From the NCBI GenBank assembly GCA_963705305.1, contig OY970067.1, positions 1,184,001-1,248,000 of the forward strand: DNA of 64,000 bases. The letters are read 5' to 3'. The stretch's first letter is position 1. Every line of letters begins with the position of its first letter. Below the pieces are notes generated by a model, which did no database searches, was not told where the DNA came from, and saw only the letters and a list, made by a program, of their open reading frames with translations. The position numbers and the translations under genes are program-made. This DNA is from an uncultured Methylomirabilota bacterium (GTDB taxonomy: Bacteria > Methylomirabilota > Methylomirabilia > Methylomirabilales > 2-02-FULL-66-22). This document shows positions 1 through 9,823 of the stretch, one piece after another.

Positions 1-348
1 GGGGCGGACTGCGCCCTCGTGTCCACCACCTGGAACTGGGGGCCCTACTACGTGGACGCGGTCAAGCGGGTCATGAGCAAGACCTGGAAGCCGCAGGAGA
101 TCTACTGGGGCTTCAAGGAGAACCTCATCGCGCTGTCGCCCTTCCACCCCTCGGTCCCCAGACCCGTGCAGGAGAAGGTCCTGGCCGAGCTCCGGAAGAT
201 GCAGCAGGGCCGGGACGACTCCTTCCTGGGACCGATCAAAGATCAGCAGGGGAAGATCGTCATCCCGGCGGGAATGCGGGCCACGGATAAGGAGCTCCTG
301 ACGATGAAGTGGTTCGTCGAGGGCGTGGTCGGAAAGATTCCGGAGTGA
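1..348 (+). CDS. BMP family ABC transporter substrate-binding protein (3' part; 5' end outside window)
   Basis: WNWGPYY and M.WFVEGV.G C-terminal motifs; first gene of a nucleoside-type ABC operon. Confidence 0.85.
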   Translation, partial: GADCALVSTTWNWGPYYVDAVKRVMSKTWKPQEIYWGFKENLIALSPFHPSVPRPVQEKVLAELRKMQQGRDDSFLGPIKDQQGKIVIPAGMRATDKELLTMKWFVEGVVGKIPE

Positions 349-409
349 CGCCCGGGGCGGGGCCTGGGCGCGGGCTGGCTGCGCCCGCGCCCGACCCGAA
401 ACCTGAGGG

Positions 410-1129
410 ATGCCCGTGGCCGAGCCGTCGGAATTCTTCGAGAGCGGCGAGCTGTGCAGGCTGGAAGTGCCCGGACTCTCCTACCCCCTGCTCCTCCCGT
501 GGGTCTGGCTCCGCGGCGAAGAGCGGGACGTCCGAATCGCCTCCCTCAACCTGGTGGGCAAGGTCGAGTGGAACCACGACCTCGGCCGGCTGCTGGCCGG
601 TCGGATTCAAGCGGCGTTCCCCGACCTCGGGGGCCTGTGCGTGATGACGGTGGTCGAGAAGGCCCTCCAGCTGGCCCAGGTGGTGGTCTCGGAATTGCGC
701 CTGCCGGATGTGGCGGTGGCCTACAGCCGGGTCAAGCCCCACATGGAGGCCGCGGACCGGCCGGTGATCCAGGTGGGGGCGGATTCCATCACCAGCGGGG
801 GGAAATGCCTGGCCCTGTACGAGCGGGACATCAACCTGCTGGTCGCGCGGGCAACGCGCGGGGTGATCCTGGTGGACAACGTCGTCACGACCGGGGGCAC
901 GGTCATGGGGGTGGTGGACCTGCTGGACCAGGTGGCCCGCCTGAAGAACCTCCCGCGCGGCATCCCCCTGCGGGGGGTCTTCTGTGCGGCCGAGGAGGGC
1001 CGGCGGACCCGCATGCTGCCCGCCTCCATCTCCTCGCTCGTCCGCCTTCCCGATCCGGTCGTCCGGCCGGGAAGCCTCCGATCGGCAGCCCGCCAGGGAA
1101 GGCTATGGCCAGGACCCTCACCTGCATGA
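410..1129 (+). CDS. type I phosphoribosyltransferase family protein (adenine/purine PRT-like)
   Basis: PRPP loop ILVDNVVTTGGT; SITSG motif; lies inside nucleoside ABC operon. Confidence 0.75.
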   Translation: MPVAEPSEFFESGELCRLEVPGLSYPLLLPWVWLRGEERDVRIASLNLVGKVEWNHDLGRLLAGRIQAAFPDLGGLCVMTVVEKALQLAQVVVSELRLPDVAVAYSRVKPHMEAADRPVIQVGADSITSGGKCLALYERDINLLVARATRGVILVDNVVTTGGTVMGVVDLLDQVARLKNLPRGIPLRGVFCAAEEGRRTRMLPASISSLVRLPDPVVRPGSLRSAARQGRLWPGPSPA

Positions 1130-2607
1130 CGGGAATCACCAAGCGGTTCCCGGGCGTCCTGGCCAACGACCGGATCGATTTCACCGTCGCGCCGGGCACG
1201 GTCCACGCCCTGTTGGGCGAGAACGGGGCGGGGAAGACCACCCTCATGAACATCCTCTCCGGCCGCTACGCGCCGGACGAGGGAGACATCCGCGTGGGGG
1301 ACGCGCCGGTTCGGTTCCGCTCCCCCCGGGACGCCCTCCGCTCCGGCATCGGCATGGTCCACCAGCACTTCATGCTTGTCCCCCGCCAGACCGCCGCCGA
1401 GAACATCGCGCTCGGGCTGGTCCGGCCGCGCCTGCTCCTGCGACGGCGCCGGATGGAAGCCGAGGTGCGGCAGGCGGCGGAGGCCTCGGGCCTCCCCATC
1501 GACCCCCAGGCCCGCGTCGCCGACCTCTCCCTGGGCCAGCAGCAGCGGGTCGAGATTCTGAAGCTCCTGGTCCGCGGAACCGACCTGCTCATCCTGGACG
1601 AGCCGACGGCGGTTCTGACTCCAGCCGAGACCGAAGAGCTGTTCTCGACCCTGCGGCAATTCGCACGCGCGGGGAGATCGGTCGTCTTCATCACCCACAA
1701 GCTGGAAGAGGTTTTGGAGGTCGCCGACCGGATCACCATCCTGCGCCGCGGCCGCCGCGTGGCCGACCTCGCCCGATCGGAGGTGGATAACCGCCGGGAG
1801 CTGGCCAGGCTCATGGTGGGGCGCGAGGTTGTCCTGAGCGTGGAGAAGCGCCCGGTGCCCCTGGGGGACGTGGTGTTGGAGCTGCGGAACTGCTCGGGTC
1901 CGGATGCCAGCGGGCATCGGGGATTCCGGCGCGTCAGCTTCGCCGTACGGCGCGGCGAGATCTTTTCCATCGTGGGCGTGGCCGGCAACGGCCAGACCGA
2001 GCTGGCCGCTGCCGTCACAGGGGCGAGCCGGATCTCGCGGGGGGAGCTTCGCCTGCTGGGCCGGCCGCTCGGCCCGGACGAGTCCCCGCCGATGGACCAG
2101 ATCGCATACGTCCCGGAAGACCGGATCGGCACCGGAACCGCGGCCGGCCTGACCCTCGTGGACAACCTGATTCTGACCACCTATCCGAGGTTTTTCCGGC
2201 GGGGATTCTTCCGGCGGGAGGCCGCCCGGGCTCACGCCCGGGAGCTGCTCGAGCGCTTTCGCGTGGCCGTCCCCGGCCCCGACGTCCGAGCGCGCCAGCT
2301 GTCGGGAGGCAACCTCCAGAAGGTGATTCTGGCGCGCGAGCTCTCGAAGAATCCCCGCCTGATTGTCGCCGAGCAGCCGACGCGCGGCCTGGATGTAGCC
2401 TCGACGGCGGAGATCTGGGAGGAGCTGCTGCGCCGGCGTGACCAGGCGGGGATTCTCCTGTTCTCCGGGGACCTGCGGGAGGTCCTGTCCCTGAGCGACC
2501 ACATCGCCGTCATGTTTCGGGGAGAGATCATGGGCGTCCTATCCGCGCACGACGAGGACGCCGTCGCCGAGATCGGGCCGATGATGGCCGGGGTGCGCCC
2601 GCGATGA
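1105..2607 (+). CDS. CUT2/nucleoside ABC transporter ATP-binding protein (two ABC domains)
   Basis: GENGAGKT Walker A, ILDEPT, LSGGNLQK; start taken at MARTLTCM. Confidence 0.92.
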   Translation: MARTLTCMTGITKRFPGVLANDRIDFTVAPGTVHALLGENGAGKTTLMNILSGRYAPDEGDIRVGDAPVRFRSPRDALRSGIGMVHQHFMLVPRQTAAENIALGLVRPRLLLRRRRMEAEVRQAAEASGLPIDPQARVADLSLGQQQRVEILKLLVRGTDLLILDEPTAVLTPAETEELFSTLRQFARAGRSVVFITHKLEEVLEVADRITILRRGRRVADLARSEVDNRRELARLMVGREVVLSVEKRPVPLGDVVLELRNCSGPDASGHRGFRRVSFAVRRGEIFSIVGVAGNGQTELAAAVTGASRISRGELRLLGRPLGPDESPPMDQIAYVPEDRIGTGTAAGLTLVDNLILTTYPRFFRRGFFRREAARAHARELLERFRVAVPGPDVRARQLSGGNLQKVILARELSKNPRLIVAEQPTRGLDVASTAEIWEELLRRRDQAGILLFSGDLREVLSLSDHIAVMFRGEIMGVLSAHDEDAVAEIGPMMAGVRPR

Positions 2608-3671
2608 CGCGGCTGGTGCTGGAGCGACGTTCCGCGCCGTCCCGGGCGGCCGAGCGCCTGGGGGTGTGCCTGTCCGTCCTGCTGGCCCTCGGCCTGGGGG
2701 GCGTTGTGTTCTGGCTGGCCGGGGCGAACCCTTTCGCCGCCTACCGGGTGATGGGGCAGGGCGCTTTCGGCAGCTGGTACAGCCTGTCCGAGGTGGTGGT
2801 GAAGGCCATCCCGCTTCTGCTCTGCGGGCTGGCGGTGGCCGTGCCGGCGCGCATCATGATCTGGAATATCGGGGGCGAGGGGCAGCTCGTCCTGGGCGGC
2901 ATGGCGGCCGCGGGCGTGGCCCTGTTCCTGGCCCCGACCCTGCCGCGGGCGCTGGTGATTCCCCTCATGGTGGGAGCCGGCTTCCTGGGGGGCGGGCTGT
3001 GGGCTTTGCTGGCGGGAGCCTTGCGGGCCCGGCTCGAGGTCAACGAGATCCTCACCACACTCATGCTCAATTACGTGGCGATCTTCTGGATGGAGCACCT
3101 GTACTTCGGCCCCTGGCGCGATCCCATGGGCATGGGATTCCCCGGAACGGCCATGTTCCCCCAGGCGGCCTGGCTGCCGCGGCTCCCCGGCACCCGGATC
3201 CATCTCGGGCTGGCCTTCGGCCTCGCGGCCGTCCTGCTGCTCTGCCTGGCCTATGGCCGCACCCGCTGGGGGTACGAGATGCGGGTCCTCGGCGAGAATC
3301 CCCGGGCCGCCCGGTACGCCGGGATGCACGTCGGGCGCCAGATCATCTGGGCAATGTTCCTGGGAGGGGGCCTGGCCGGGCTGGCCGGCATGGCCGAGGT
3401 GGCCGGCATCCATTACCGGCTGCAGCAGGGGTTGGCGGTGGGGGAGGGCTACACCGGGATCCTCGTGGCCTGCCTGGCGGGCCTTCATCCCGCCGGTGTC
3501 GCCCTGGCGGCGCTCGGCGTCGGCGCCCTCCTGGTCGGGGGCGATCAGCTGCAGGCGGTCCTGCACCTGCCGTCCTCGGTGGGGATGGTCCTGGAGGGGG
3601 CGCTCCTCCTCTTCGTGCTCGGCGGCCAGGCCCTGTCCGGGTATCGCTTGGCCCGGCGAGGGGCTCGCTGA
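2604..3671 (+). CDS. nucleoside ABC transporter permease
   Basis: hydrophobic; NIGGEGQ and NEILTTLMLNY motifs; ATGA coupling. Confidence 0.9.
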   Translation: MTRLVLERRSAPSRAAERLGVCLSVLLALGLGGVVFWLAGANPFAAYRVMGQGAFGSWYSLSEVVVKAIPLLLCGLAVAVPARIMIWNIGGEGQLVLGGMAAAGVALFLAPTLPRALVIPLMVGAGFLGGGLWALLAGALRARLEVNEILTTLMLNYVAIFWMEHLYFGPWRDPMGMGFPGTAMFPQAAWLPRLPGTRIHLGLAFGLAAVLLLCLAYGRTRWGYEMRVLGENPRAARYAGMHVGRQIIWAMFLGGGLAGLAGMAEVAGIHYRLQQGLAVGEGYTGILVACLAGLHPAGVALAALGVGALLVGGDQLQAVLHLPSSVGMVLEGALLLFVLGGQALSGYRLARRGAR

Positions 3672-4606
3672 TGGATGCCGGAACGCTGGTCTTCGTGCTG
3701 TCCATCACCATCCAGTCCAGCCTGGCCGTGCTGTTCGCCACGCTGGGAGAGATCTTCACGGAGCGTAGCGGGGTCCTCAATCTGGGAGTCGAGGGGATGA
3801 TGCTCATGGGCGCCCTGAGCGGGTTCGCGGCGGCGGCGGCGTCCAATAGTCTGGGATTGGGCCTGTTGGCGGCCATGGCAGTAGGCGCCCTCCTGGCGGT
3901 GATCCATGCGTTCTTCAGCATCACGCTCCGCACCAACCAGGTGGTGTGCGGCCTGGCGCTGGCTATCCTGGGGGCCGGCCTGTCAAGCTTTCTCGGCCGG
4001 CCGCTCATCGGCAGGGTGGGGATGCGCTTTTCGGCTTGGCCGGTTCCCGGGCTCCAGGCGATCCCCCTGCTGGGGCCGGTGTTGTTCAACCAGGTCCCGC
4101 TGGTCTACGTTGCCTACGTGCTGGTGCCGGCGGCGTGGTTTTTCCTCTTCCATACCCGCCCCGGATTGAATCTTCGAGCGGCCGGCGAGAACCCGGCAGC
4201 CGCCGATGCGGCGGGAATCCCTGTGGCTCGCCTGCGGTATGCCTGGACCGCCTTCGGCGGGATGATGGCCGGGCTGGGAGGCGCCTACCTGTCCCTCGCC
4301 TACACCCCCGGCTGGAAAGAGAATATGTCCGCCGGCCAGGGCTGGATCGCCATTGCCATGGTGATCTTCGCGCTCTGGAACCCCTGGAGGGCGGTTCTGG
4401 GAGCGCTGCTGTTTGGAGGGGTAAATGCCTTGCAGTTTGCCTTCGAGGCCCAGCAGGTCACGCTGATTCCCTCCTACATCCTCCGCATGCTGCCGTATCT
4501 ATTCACCATCGCCACGCTGGTGGTCATCACCCGCTCCAAGAAGCTCCGCCGCTTGGCCGGTGCGCCGGCCGCCCTGGGGCTGCCGTTCGATCGGGAAGGC
4601 ACGTAG
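3671..4606 (+). CDS. nucleoside ABC transporter permease
   Basis: ERSGVLNLGVEGMML and GENPAAADAAGI motifs; TGATG coupling. Confidence 0.9.
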   Translation: MDAGTLVFVLSITIQSSLAVLFATLGEIFTERSGVLNLGVEGMMLMGALSGFAAAAASNSLGLGLLAAMAVGALLAVIHAFFSITLRTNQVVCGLALAILGAGLSSFLGRPLIGRVGMRFSAWPVPGLQAIPLLGPVLFNQVPLVYVAYVLVPAAWFFLFHTRPGLNLRAAGENPAAADAAGIPVARLRYAWTAFGGMMAGLGGAYLSLAYTPGWKENMSAGQGWIAIAMVIFALWNPWRAVLGALLFGGVNALQFAFEAQQVTLIPSYILRMLPYLFTIATLVVITRSKKLRRLAGAPAALGLPFDREGT

Positions 4607-4759
4607 CAGACTGCTCAAAAAGGCCCATCTGCTGCGTTGGCCCGCTCGGGCGCTCGTTGCGGCGTACCGGAAGTACGCCTCACTCGGCCCTTTACGGGTC
4701 GCCTTGCATCTGGACCTTTTTGAGCAGCCTGGGCGAAGACGAGTATTTCAGCATCCTGC
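4607..4759. repeat. MITE/REP-like element with imperfect terminal inverted repeats
   Basis: CAGACTGCTCAAAAAGGCCCAT (4607) is the imperfect inverse of CTGGACCTTTTTGAGCAGCCTG (ends 4731); extra end-like TTTCAGCATCCTGC at 4746-4759. Confidence 0.6.
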
Positions 4760-5259
4760 GAGAGTGAATCGCGGGAGAAGTCGTATGGCGGAGACCGGCG
4801 CCACGGGTGGCTTCCGGCCCGTCGCACCGGATGTCTACCGACCGAAATGGTCTATATATCAGTAAGTTCTGTCATCGATTTGCCGCCTTTCGACCCAGGA
4901 AATCGTCGGGCTTGGCGGCAGAAATTCAACCAAGAAAGCACTTGACTTTTTGTTTTCCATAATAGAAGATTAGGTCGATCTAAATTATCACGCACCCATG
5001 AGTTAGCTGCGGGTGGATCCCTTGAAAAGGTTCAATCGTCTGATTCGAATAAGGGTTAAGCCTGCCGAACAGGCCGCTGGAGGCGCCCGGATCTTCCCCT
5101 CCGCCCATCCGGGAACTAAACTTACAGCTTCTCCCTGACCATTAGGAGACAGGACGGGGTGCACTTCCGGCGAATCGTTTGAATAGAAAGCGGACCAAAT
5201 AGGTAGTGACAGACGAGTTAAGGTAACCCTAGGCGAGCAACTCTGAGGAGGAACTAGAC

Positions 5260-5412
5260 ATGAAGCGGTCTTGGATGCCGGCTATCTTCGTAGGCGCAAT
5301 CCTGGTTTCCTTCGCCTGGTCCGGTGTGGCGACGATGCACCAGGTCAACAATCCACCGTATCCCCTGCCGACGGCACAGCATGCGGTGGTAAGCGGTTCG
5401 ATCCAGCGGTAA
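5260..5412 (+). CDS. 50-aa small exported or membrane peptide (absent from ORF track)
   Basis: GAGGAGG RBS; MKRSWMPAIFVGAILVSFAWSGVA signal-like N-terminus; downstream terminator. Confidence 0.6.
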   Translation: MKRSWMPAIFVGAILVSFAWSGVATMHQVNNPPYPLPTAQHAVVSGSIQR

Positions 5413-5485
5413 GGCTCCGCTCCGGAACCCCGCCCCGCCCGCAAATCGAGGACCCTGATCGTCGAGGGGCGGGCGACGAGAAGAA

Positions 5486-5540
5486 CAAACGGCCCGCGTG
5501 GTCGTGAGCAATGCGCCACGCGGGCCGTTTGCTTTTTGTT
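5486..5540 (+). terminator. intrinsic terminator (possibly bidirectional)
   Basis: perfect 16-bp stem CAAACGGCCCGCGTGG/CCACGCGGGCCGTTTG followed by a T-rich tail, between convergent genes. Confidence 0.8.
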
Positions 5541-5542
5541 TC

Positions 5543-6952
5543 TTACTGCCCCCCCTCACGACGGCTCCGCAGCGCCGACAGCAGCTTCTCGTGGATGTTA
5601 TCGAAGGCCCCGTTGGACATGACCAGGACCACGGACCCTTGCCCAAGCCGGCTGGACAGGTCTGCCACTACGGCGTCGGCATTCGGGAAGAGTATCGCTT
5701 TCTGGCCATTCTCTCGCAGGGTTGCCACCAGCGCCGCCGCGTCGAATCGCTCCGCCTCCGGGATCCTCTCCGCGTCGAAGGGCGGAACCAGGATGACCTC
5801 GTCGGCCGAGACAAAGGAGGCCGGATAGGCCTCCTGGAACACCTTCCGGCGGCTGGTGTTGGTGCGGGGCTCGAAGACCGCCACCAGGTACGACCCGGGG
5901 TAGCGCGCCCGAACCGCCCGCACGGTCTCTCGGACCTTGGTGGGGTGGTGGGCAAAGTCATCGATCACCGTCACCCCGCCCACATCCCCGCGCACTTGCA
6001 TCCGGCGCGCCACGCCCGCAAACCCGGCCAGGCATCCCGCGGCCCGCTCCGCCCCCACGCCCAAAGCCTCGGCGGCCGCCAACGCCCCCAGCGCGTTGGC
6101 CACGTTGTGCCGGCCGAAAAGCGGCAGGATCACGCTCGCGGCCAGGCTTCCATGGCGGATCAGCGAGAAACGCGTCGCGTCCTCTCCGGGCTGGATGTCG
6201 GCCGCCCTCCAGTCAACGCCCGGTCCCAGCCCGTAGGAGCAGACCCGGCAGGGGGCTGAGGCTGCCAGGGTCCCCACCTCTGGATCATCGGTGCAGGCCA
6301 CCAGCAGGCCGTCGGCCGGCAGTCGCGAGACCAGGCCGGCGAACGCGGCGCGGTAGGCCTCCATGTCGCGGTAGATGTCGGCATGATCGAATTCCACAGC
6401 CGTCAGCACGACGATCCTGGGACGATAATGCACGAACTTGGGTCGCTTGTCGAAGAAGGCCGTGTCGTACTCGTCCCCCTCGACCACGAACATGGTGCCC
6501 CGGCCGTGGTGAAAGCTCTTGCCGAAGTTTAGCGGAATTCCGCCCACCAGGAAGGAGGGGTCCAGGCCGGCCTCCACCAGGACGTAGGACAAGAGCGCCG
6601 CGGTGGTGGTCTTCCCGTGGGTTCCGGCCACCACCGCCGAGGTTTTGTCCCCGATGAAGAACTCCGACAGCGCCTGCGGGAAGCTCATCACCGCGAGGGC
6701 CCGCTGGAGGGCGGCCTGCGCCTCGGGGTTATCCTTGCGGCACACGTTGCCGACGATCACCAGATCGACCCCGGGATCCAGATGGGCGGGGTCGAAGCCC
6801 TGCCGGGTGGGGATTCCCCAGGCCCGCAGCCGCTCGGACATGGGCGGGTAGAAGGCCCGGTCGGAGCCCTGGACCTCGTGCCCGGCCTCCTTGAGGAGGC
6901 CGGCCAGCGCCCCCATCCCCGTCCCGCAAATGCCCACCAGGTGAACCTTCAT
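5543..6952 (-). CDS. mpl: UDP-MurNAc:tripeptide ligase (murein peptide ligase)
   Basis: GICGTGMG, YPPMS, GTHGKTTT, EGDEYDTAFFDKRPKF, DDFAHHP, FEPRTNT. Confidence 0.9.
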   Translation of the reverse strand: MKVHLVGICGTGMGALAGLLKEAGHEVQGSDRAFYPPMSERLRAWGIPTRQGFDPAHLDPGVDLVIVGNVCRKDNPEAQAALQRALAVMSFPQALSEFFIGDKTSAVVAGTHGKTTTAALLSYVLVEAGLDPSFLVGGIPLNFGKSFHHGRGTMFVVEGDEYDTAFFDKRPKFVHYRPRIVVLTAVEFDHADIYRDMEAYRAAFAGLVSRLPADGLLVACTDDPEVGTLAASAPCRVCSYGLGPGVDWRAADIQPGEDATRFSLIRHGSLAASVILPLFGRHNVANALGALAAAEALGVGAERAAGCLAGFAGVARRMQVRGDVGGVTVIDDFAHHPTKVRETVRAVRARYPGSYLVAVFEPRTNTSRRKVFQEAYPASFVSADEVILVPPFDAERIPEAERFDAAALVATLRENGQKAILFPNADAVVADLSSRLGQGSVVLVMSNGAFDNIHEKLLSALRSRREGGQ

Positions 6953-6989
6953 GCGCACTCCCCAGTCATTGCTCTTTGCCCCTTGCCCT

Positions 6990-8114
6990 TTACTCCATCA
7001 CTTCCACCACCCGGTCGTGGAGCGCGGGTCGAAACTGCTTGATGGCCTCGTTGGCTCGGGTGGGGTGGACCCGGTTCGTGAGAAGCGCCACGATCATCTC
7101 GCGGTCCGGATCGATCCACACGGAGGTGCCAGTGAAGCCCAGGTGCCCGACGGTCCGGGGGCCGAACCGGCTGCCTGTCTGCGAGCCGCGCGGGGACGGT
7201 GTGTCGAAGCCCAGGGTGTGCGTCGAGCCCGGCACCTTCGACCGCTGCCAGAACTGGCGGACCAGGTCCGACTCGAAGAAACCGCCGCTCTCGAGAAACG
7301 AGCCGAGCCAGACCTCGGCCAGGGCCGCCACGTCCTGGATGGTCCCGAACAGGCCGGCGTGCCCGCTCACCCCGCCCATGGCGTAGGCGTTGTCATCATG
7401 CACCTCGCCGACCAGGGTGCGCCCGCGCCAGGGGCAGCGCTCGGTCGCCGCGAACTCCCGCCCCTGCCGGGCGCGGGCGGCCCGGGCGGGCGATTTGAGG
7501 TCCACGAAGAACAGGCTCCCCAGCCCTAGCGGATCGGCCAGCCACGCTGAAAACAGCGCATCGACCGGCTGGCCGTTGACGCGCTCCAGGAGCCAGTCCA
7601 GCAGGATGAAGCCCAGGTCGCTGTAGACCGAGCGGCTGCCGGGCGGCGCCTCCGGCGCCTCCGCCGCCACCATCCGGCGGACGGCCTCCCGCCCCTCGAC
7701 GGTAGCCGGGCGGATGTCGCCGCGGGCCAGAGCCCCTGCTTCGTAGTAGGGCCGCCAGGCCGCCAGGCCGCTGCTGTGATCCAGGAGCATCCGCACCGTG
7801 ATGGCCTCCCGCCCCTGGCCGGTGTACCCCTCCAGCGCGCGGTGTACCGGCTCGTCGAGCGCCAGGCGGCCCCGCCGGATCGAAAGTAGGACCAGCGAGG
7901 CGGCGGCCAGCGGCTTGGTCAGGGAGGCCAGATCGAAGCAGGTGTGGGCATCCACCGGACCGCCGGCCGGCTCGAGCGATCGGCGCCCATGGAACGACAG
8001 GTGGACGGTCCGCCCCCGCGCCCGCACCAGCAGGGCCCCGCCGGAGAAGACCCCGTCGGCGACTGCCGCCTCCATCATCCGCAGCAGATTCGGATGGGAT
8101 TCAGGCTCGATCAT
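6990..8114 (-). CDS. serine hydrolase, beta-lactamase class C-like family
   Basis: FDLASLTK (SxxK), YSDLGF, GEVHDDNA, GHAGLF, GHLGFTG. Confidence 0.88.
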   Translation of the reverse strand: MIEPESHPNLLRMMEAAVADGVFSGGALLVRARGRTVHLSFHGRRSLEPAGGPVDAHTCFDLASLTKPLAAASLVLLSIRRGRLALDEPVHRALEGYTGQGREAITVRMLLDHSSGLAAWRPYYEAGALARGDIRPATVEGREAVRRMVAAEAPEAPPGSRSVYSDLGFILLDWLLERVNGQPVDALFSAWLADPLGLGSLFFVDLKSPARAARARQGREFAATERCPWRGRTLVGEVHDDNAYAMGGVSGHAGLFGTIQDVAALAEVWLGSFLESGGFFESDLVRQFWQRSKVPGSTHTLGFDTPSPRGSQTGSRFGPRTVGHLGFTGTSVWIDPDREMIVALLTNRVHPTRANEAIKQFRPALHDRVVEVME

Positions 8115-9045
8115 GCGGCTCCCGCACGGCGGGCTCGAGCAGGGTCAGGGTCCCCGTCCCGGCGTCGAGGTGCACCCGCACCCCGACCGGGAGGGCCAGG
8201 TTGCGGCGGCCGTGGCCGAACGCCGCGCCGGAGACGGCGGGAAGCCCGAGCGCAGAGACCGCCCGCTCCAGCACGCGCCGGGCGGAGTGCCTGCCGGCGC
8301 CCGCAGGCTTGCAGTCGACCAGCTCGCCCAGGACGACCCCGCGGGCCTGTCGCAGCAGCCCGGCCGAGGCGAGCTGCCAGAGCAGGCGGTCCAGCCGGTA
8401 GGCCTCCTCCCCGACGTCCTCCAGGCATACCACAGCACCGCGAAGGTCCGGGGCGAAGCGCGTCCCTGCCAGGCTGGCCAGGATGGAGAGGTTGCCGGCC
8501 ACCAGCCTCCCCTCGGCCGTCCCCGGGACCAGCGTGCGCGTCCGGCCAATCGGCACGCGCTCCGGCGCTCTCCCCTCAAAGAGCAGGGCCCTGAGCCAGG
8601 AGAGATCGGTGGCCGGGAGCCGAGGGAGCTGAGTCACGACCGGGCCATGGATCGTCACGAAACCGCCGGGTCGGGTCAGCTGCAGGAGCAGGGCGGTGAC
8701 GTCCGAAAAGCCCACCAGCAGCTTGGGGTGTCCCCGCAGCCGCGAGAGGTCGAGCGACGGCAGCAGACGGGCCGTCCCGTAACCGCCCCGGATGCACCAG
8801 ACCGCGCGAGTGCCCTCCTCCTGCAGGGCCCGCGTCAACGCTTCCGCGCGGCGGCGATCACTCCCGGCCAGGAAGCCGTCGCGCGCGAACTCGTCGCGCC
8901 TCACCAACGGGATCAGGCCGAGGCCTTCGAGCACCTTCCTCCCGGCCCTGAGCAGCGCCCGATCGAACGGCCCGGCCGGCGCGATCAGCCGAACGCGGTC
9001 TCCCGTCCTCAGGGGTTCCGGCTTCAAGAGTCTGGACCGTCCCAT
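8101..9045 (-). CDS. ldcA: LD-carboxypeptidase (peptidase S66)
   Basis: RGGYG, GFSDVT nucleophile motif, LEDVGE, FGHG. Confidence 0.9.
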   Translation of the reverse strand: MGRSRLLKPEPLRTGDRVRLIAPAGPFDRALLRAGRKVLEGLGLIPLVRRDEFARDGFLAGSDRRRAEALTRALQEEGTRAVWCIRGGYGTARLLPSLDLSRLRGHPKLLVGFSDVTALLLQLTRPGGFVTIHGPVVTQLPRLPATDLSWLRALLFEGRAPERVPIGRTRTLVPGTAEGRLVAGNLSILASLAGTRFAPDLRGAVVCLEDVGEEAYRLDRLLWQLASAGLLRQARGVVLGELVDCKPAGAGRHSARRVLERAVSALGLPAVSGAAFGHGRRNLALPVGVRVHLDAGTGTLTLLEPAVREPHDRA

Positions 9046-9403
9046 GCAGCGCCCCCGCCCGGGTGTCCCACGACGGCGCACCGACCCGGGCCCGCTGAAG
9101 TACTGAAGTGAACCGCGGGCGCGGCCCGCCTGTCAAGCGGAAATCGCCGGCCGCCCGCGAGGGGGCGGGCGTCCCACGACCCTCGGCACCGATCGGAGAC
9201 ACCGCGGCCGGCCCCTTGATGTTCGGGACGCGGCCGTAGAGACTCGGAGGGGGACCCACAGGAACGCCCCGACGATTCGGGCCGGCGGGGCATGGAGTGC
9301 GGGTGAGTGTGTCCCCGGGCCGGCCGGGGTCTGCTCGAGGATCCGGGGCGGCGGCCGGAGGCAATGAGCCGGGTCCCGCCGCGTCTGACCGGCGGTCGAG
9401 GCG

Positions 9404-9823
9404 TCAGCGCAGCTCGCTCTCGTCCTTGAACGTATCCCAGCTCGAGACTTTGACGTCGCCCAGGTCCGCGATGGCCACGACGGTGAAGGTGAGGGCGAGG
9501 CAGCCCTCCTCCAGGTGGCCGCCGAAGCCGTTGCGCTCGTCGGAGAAATCGATGTGGGCGTGGACGCGGCCGTCGATGATCATGCCGCCCACCGCCACGA
9601 TATCCAGGGGCTGGATACTCTTCGGGTAGCTCTCCGCGGGCGGCAGCTCGTTGCTCATCACCACGTGGAAATGGGAGTGCCGGACCGATCCGAATCCCGT
9701 CAGGATCACGGCATTCTTGATGGCGTGCTCCTTGACCGCCTGCCGGAGGCCCAGCAGGATGTCGTCCCCCGGATTGATCCGGACGACGACGACGCGCTTG
9801 ATGTCGGTGACGCGAGAGAGCAT
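9404..9823 (-). CDS. PPC/DUF296 domain protein
   Basis: RINPGDD, TGFGS, HAH, GGHL motifs. Confidence 0.8.
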   Translation of the reverse strand: MLSRVTDIKRVVVVRINPGDDILLGLRQAVKEHAIKNAVILTGFGSVRHSHFHVVMSNELPPAESYPKSIQPLDIVAVGGMIIDGRVHAHIDFSDERNGFGGHLEEGCLALTFTVVAIADLGDVKVSSWDTFKDESELR

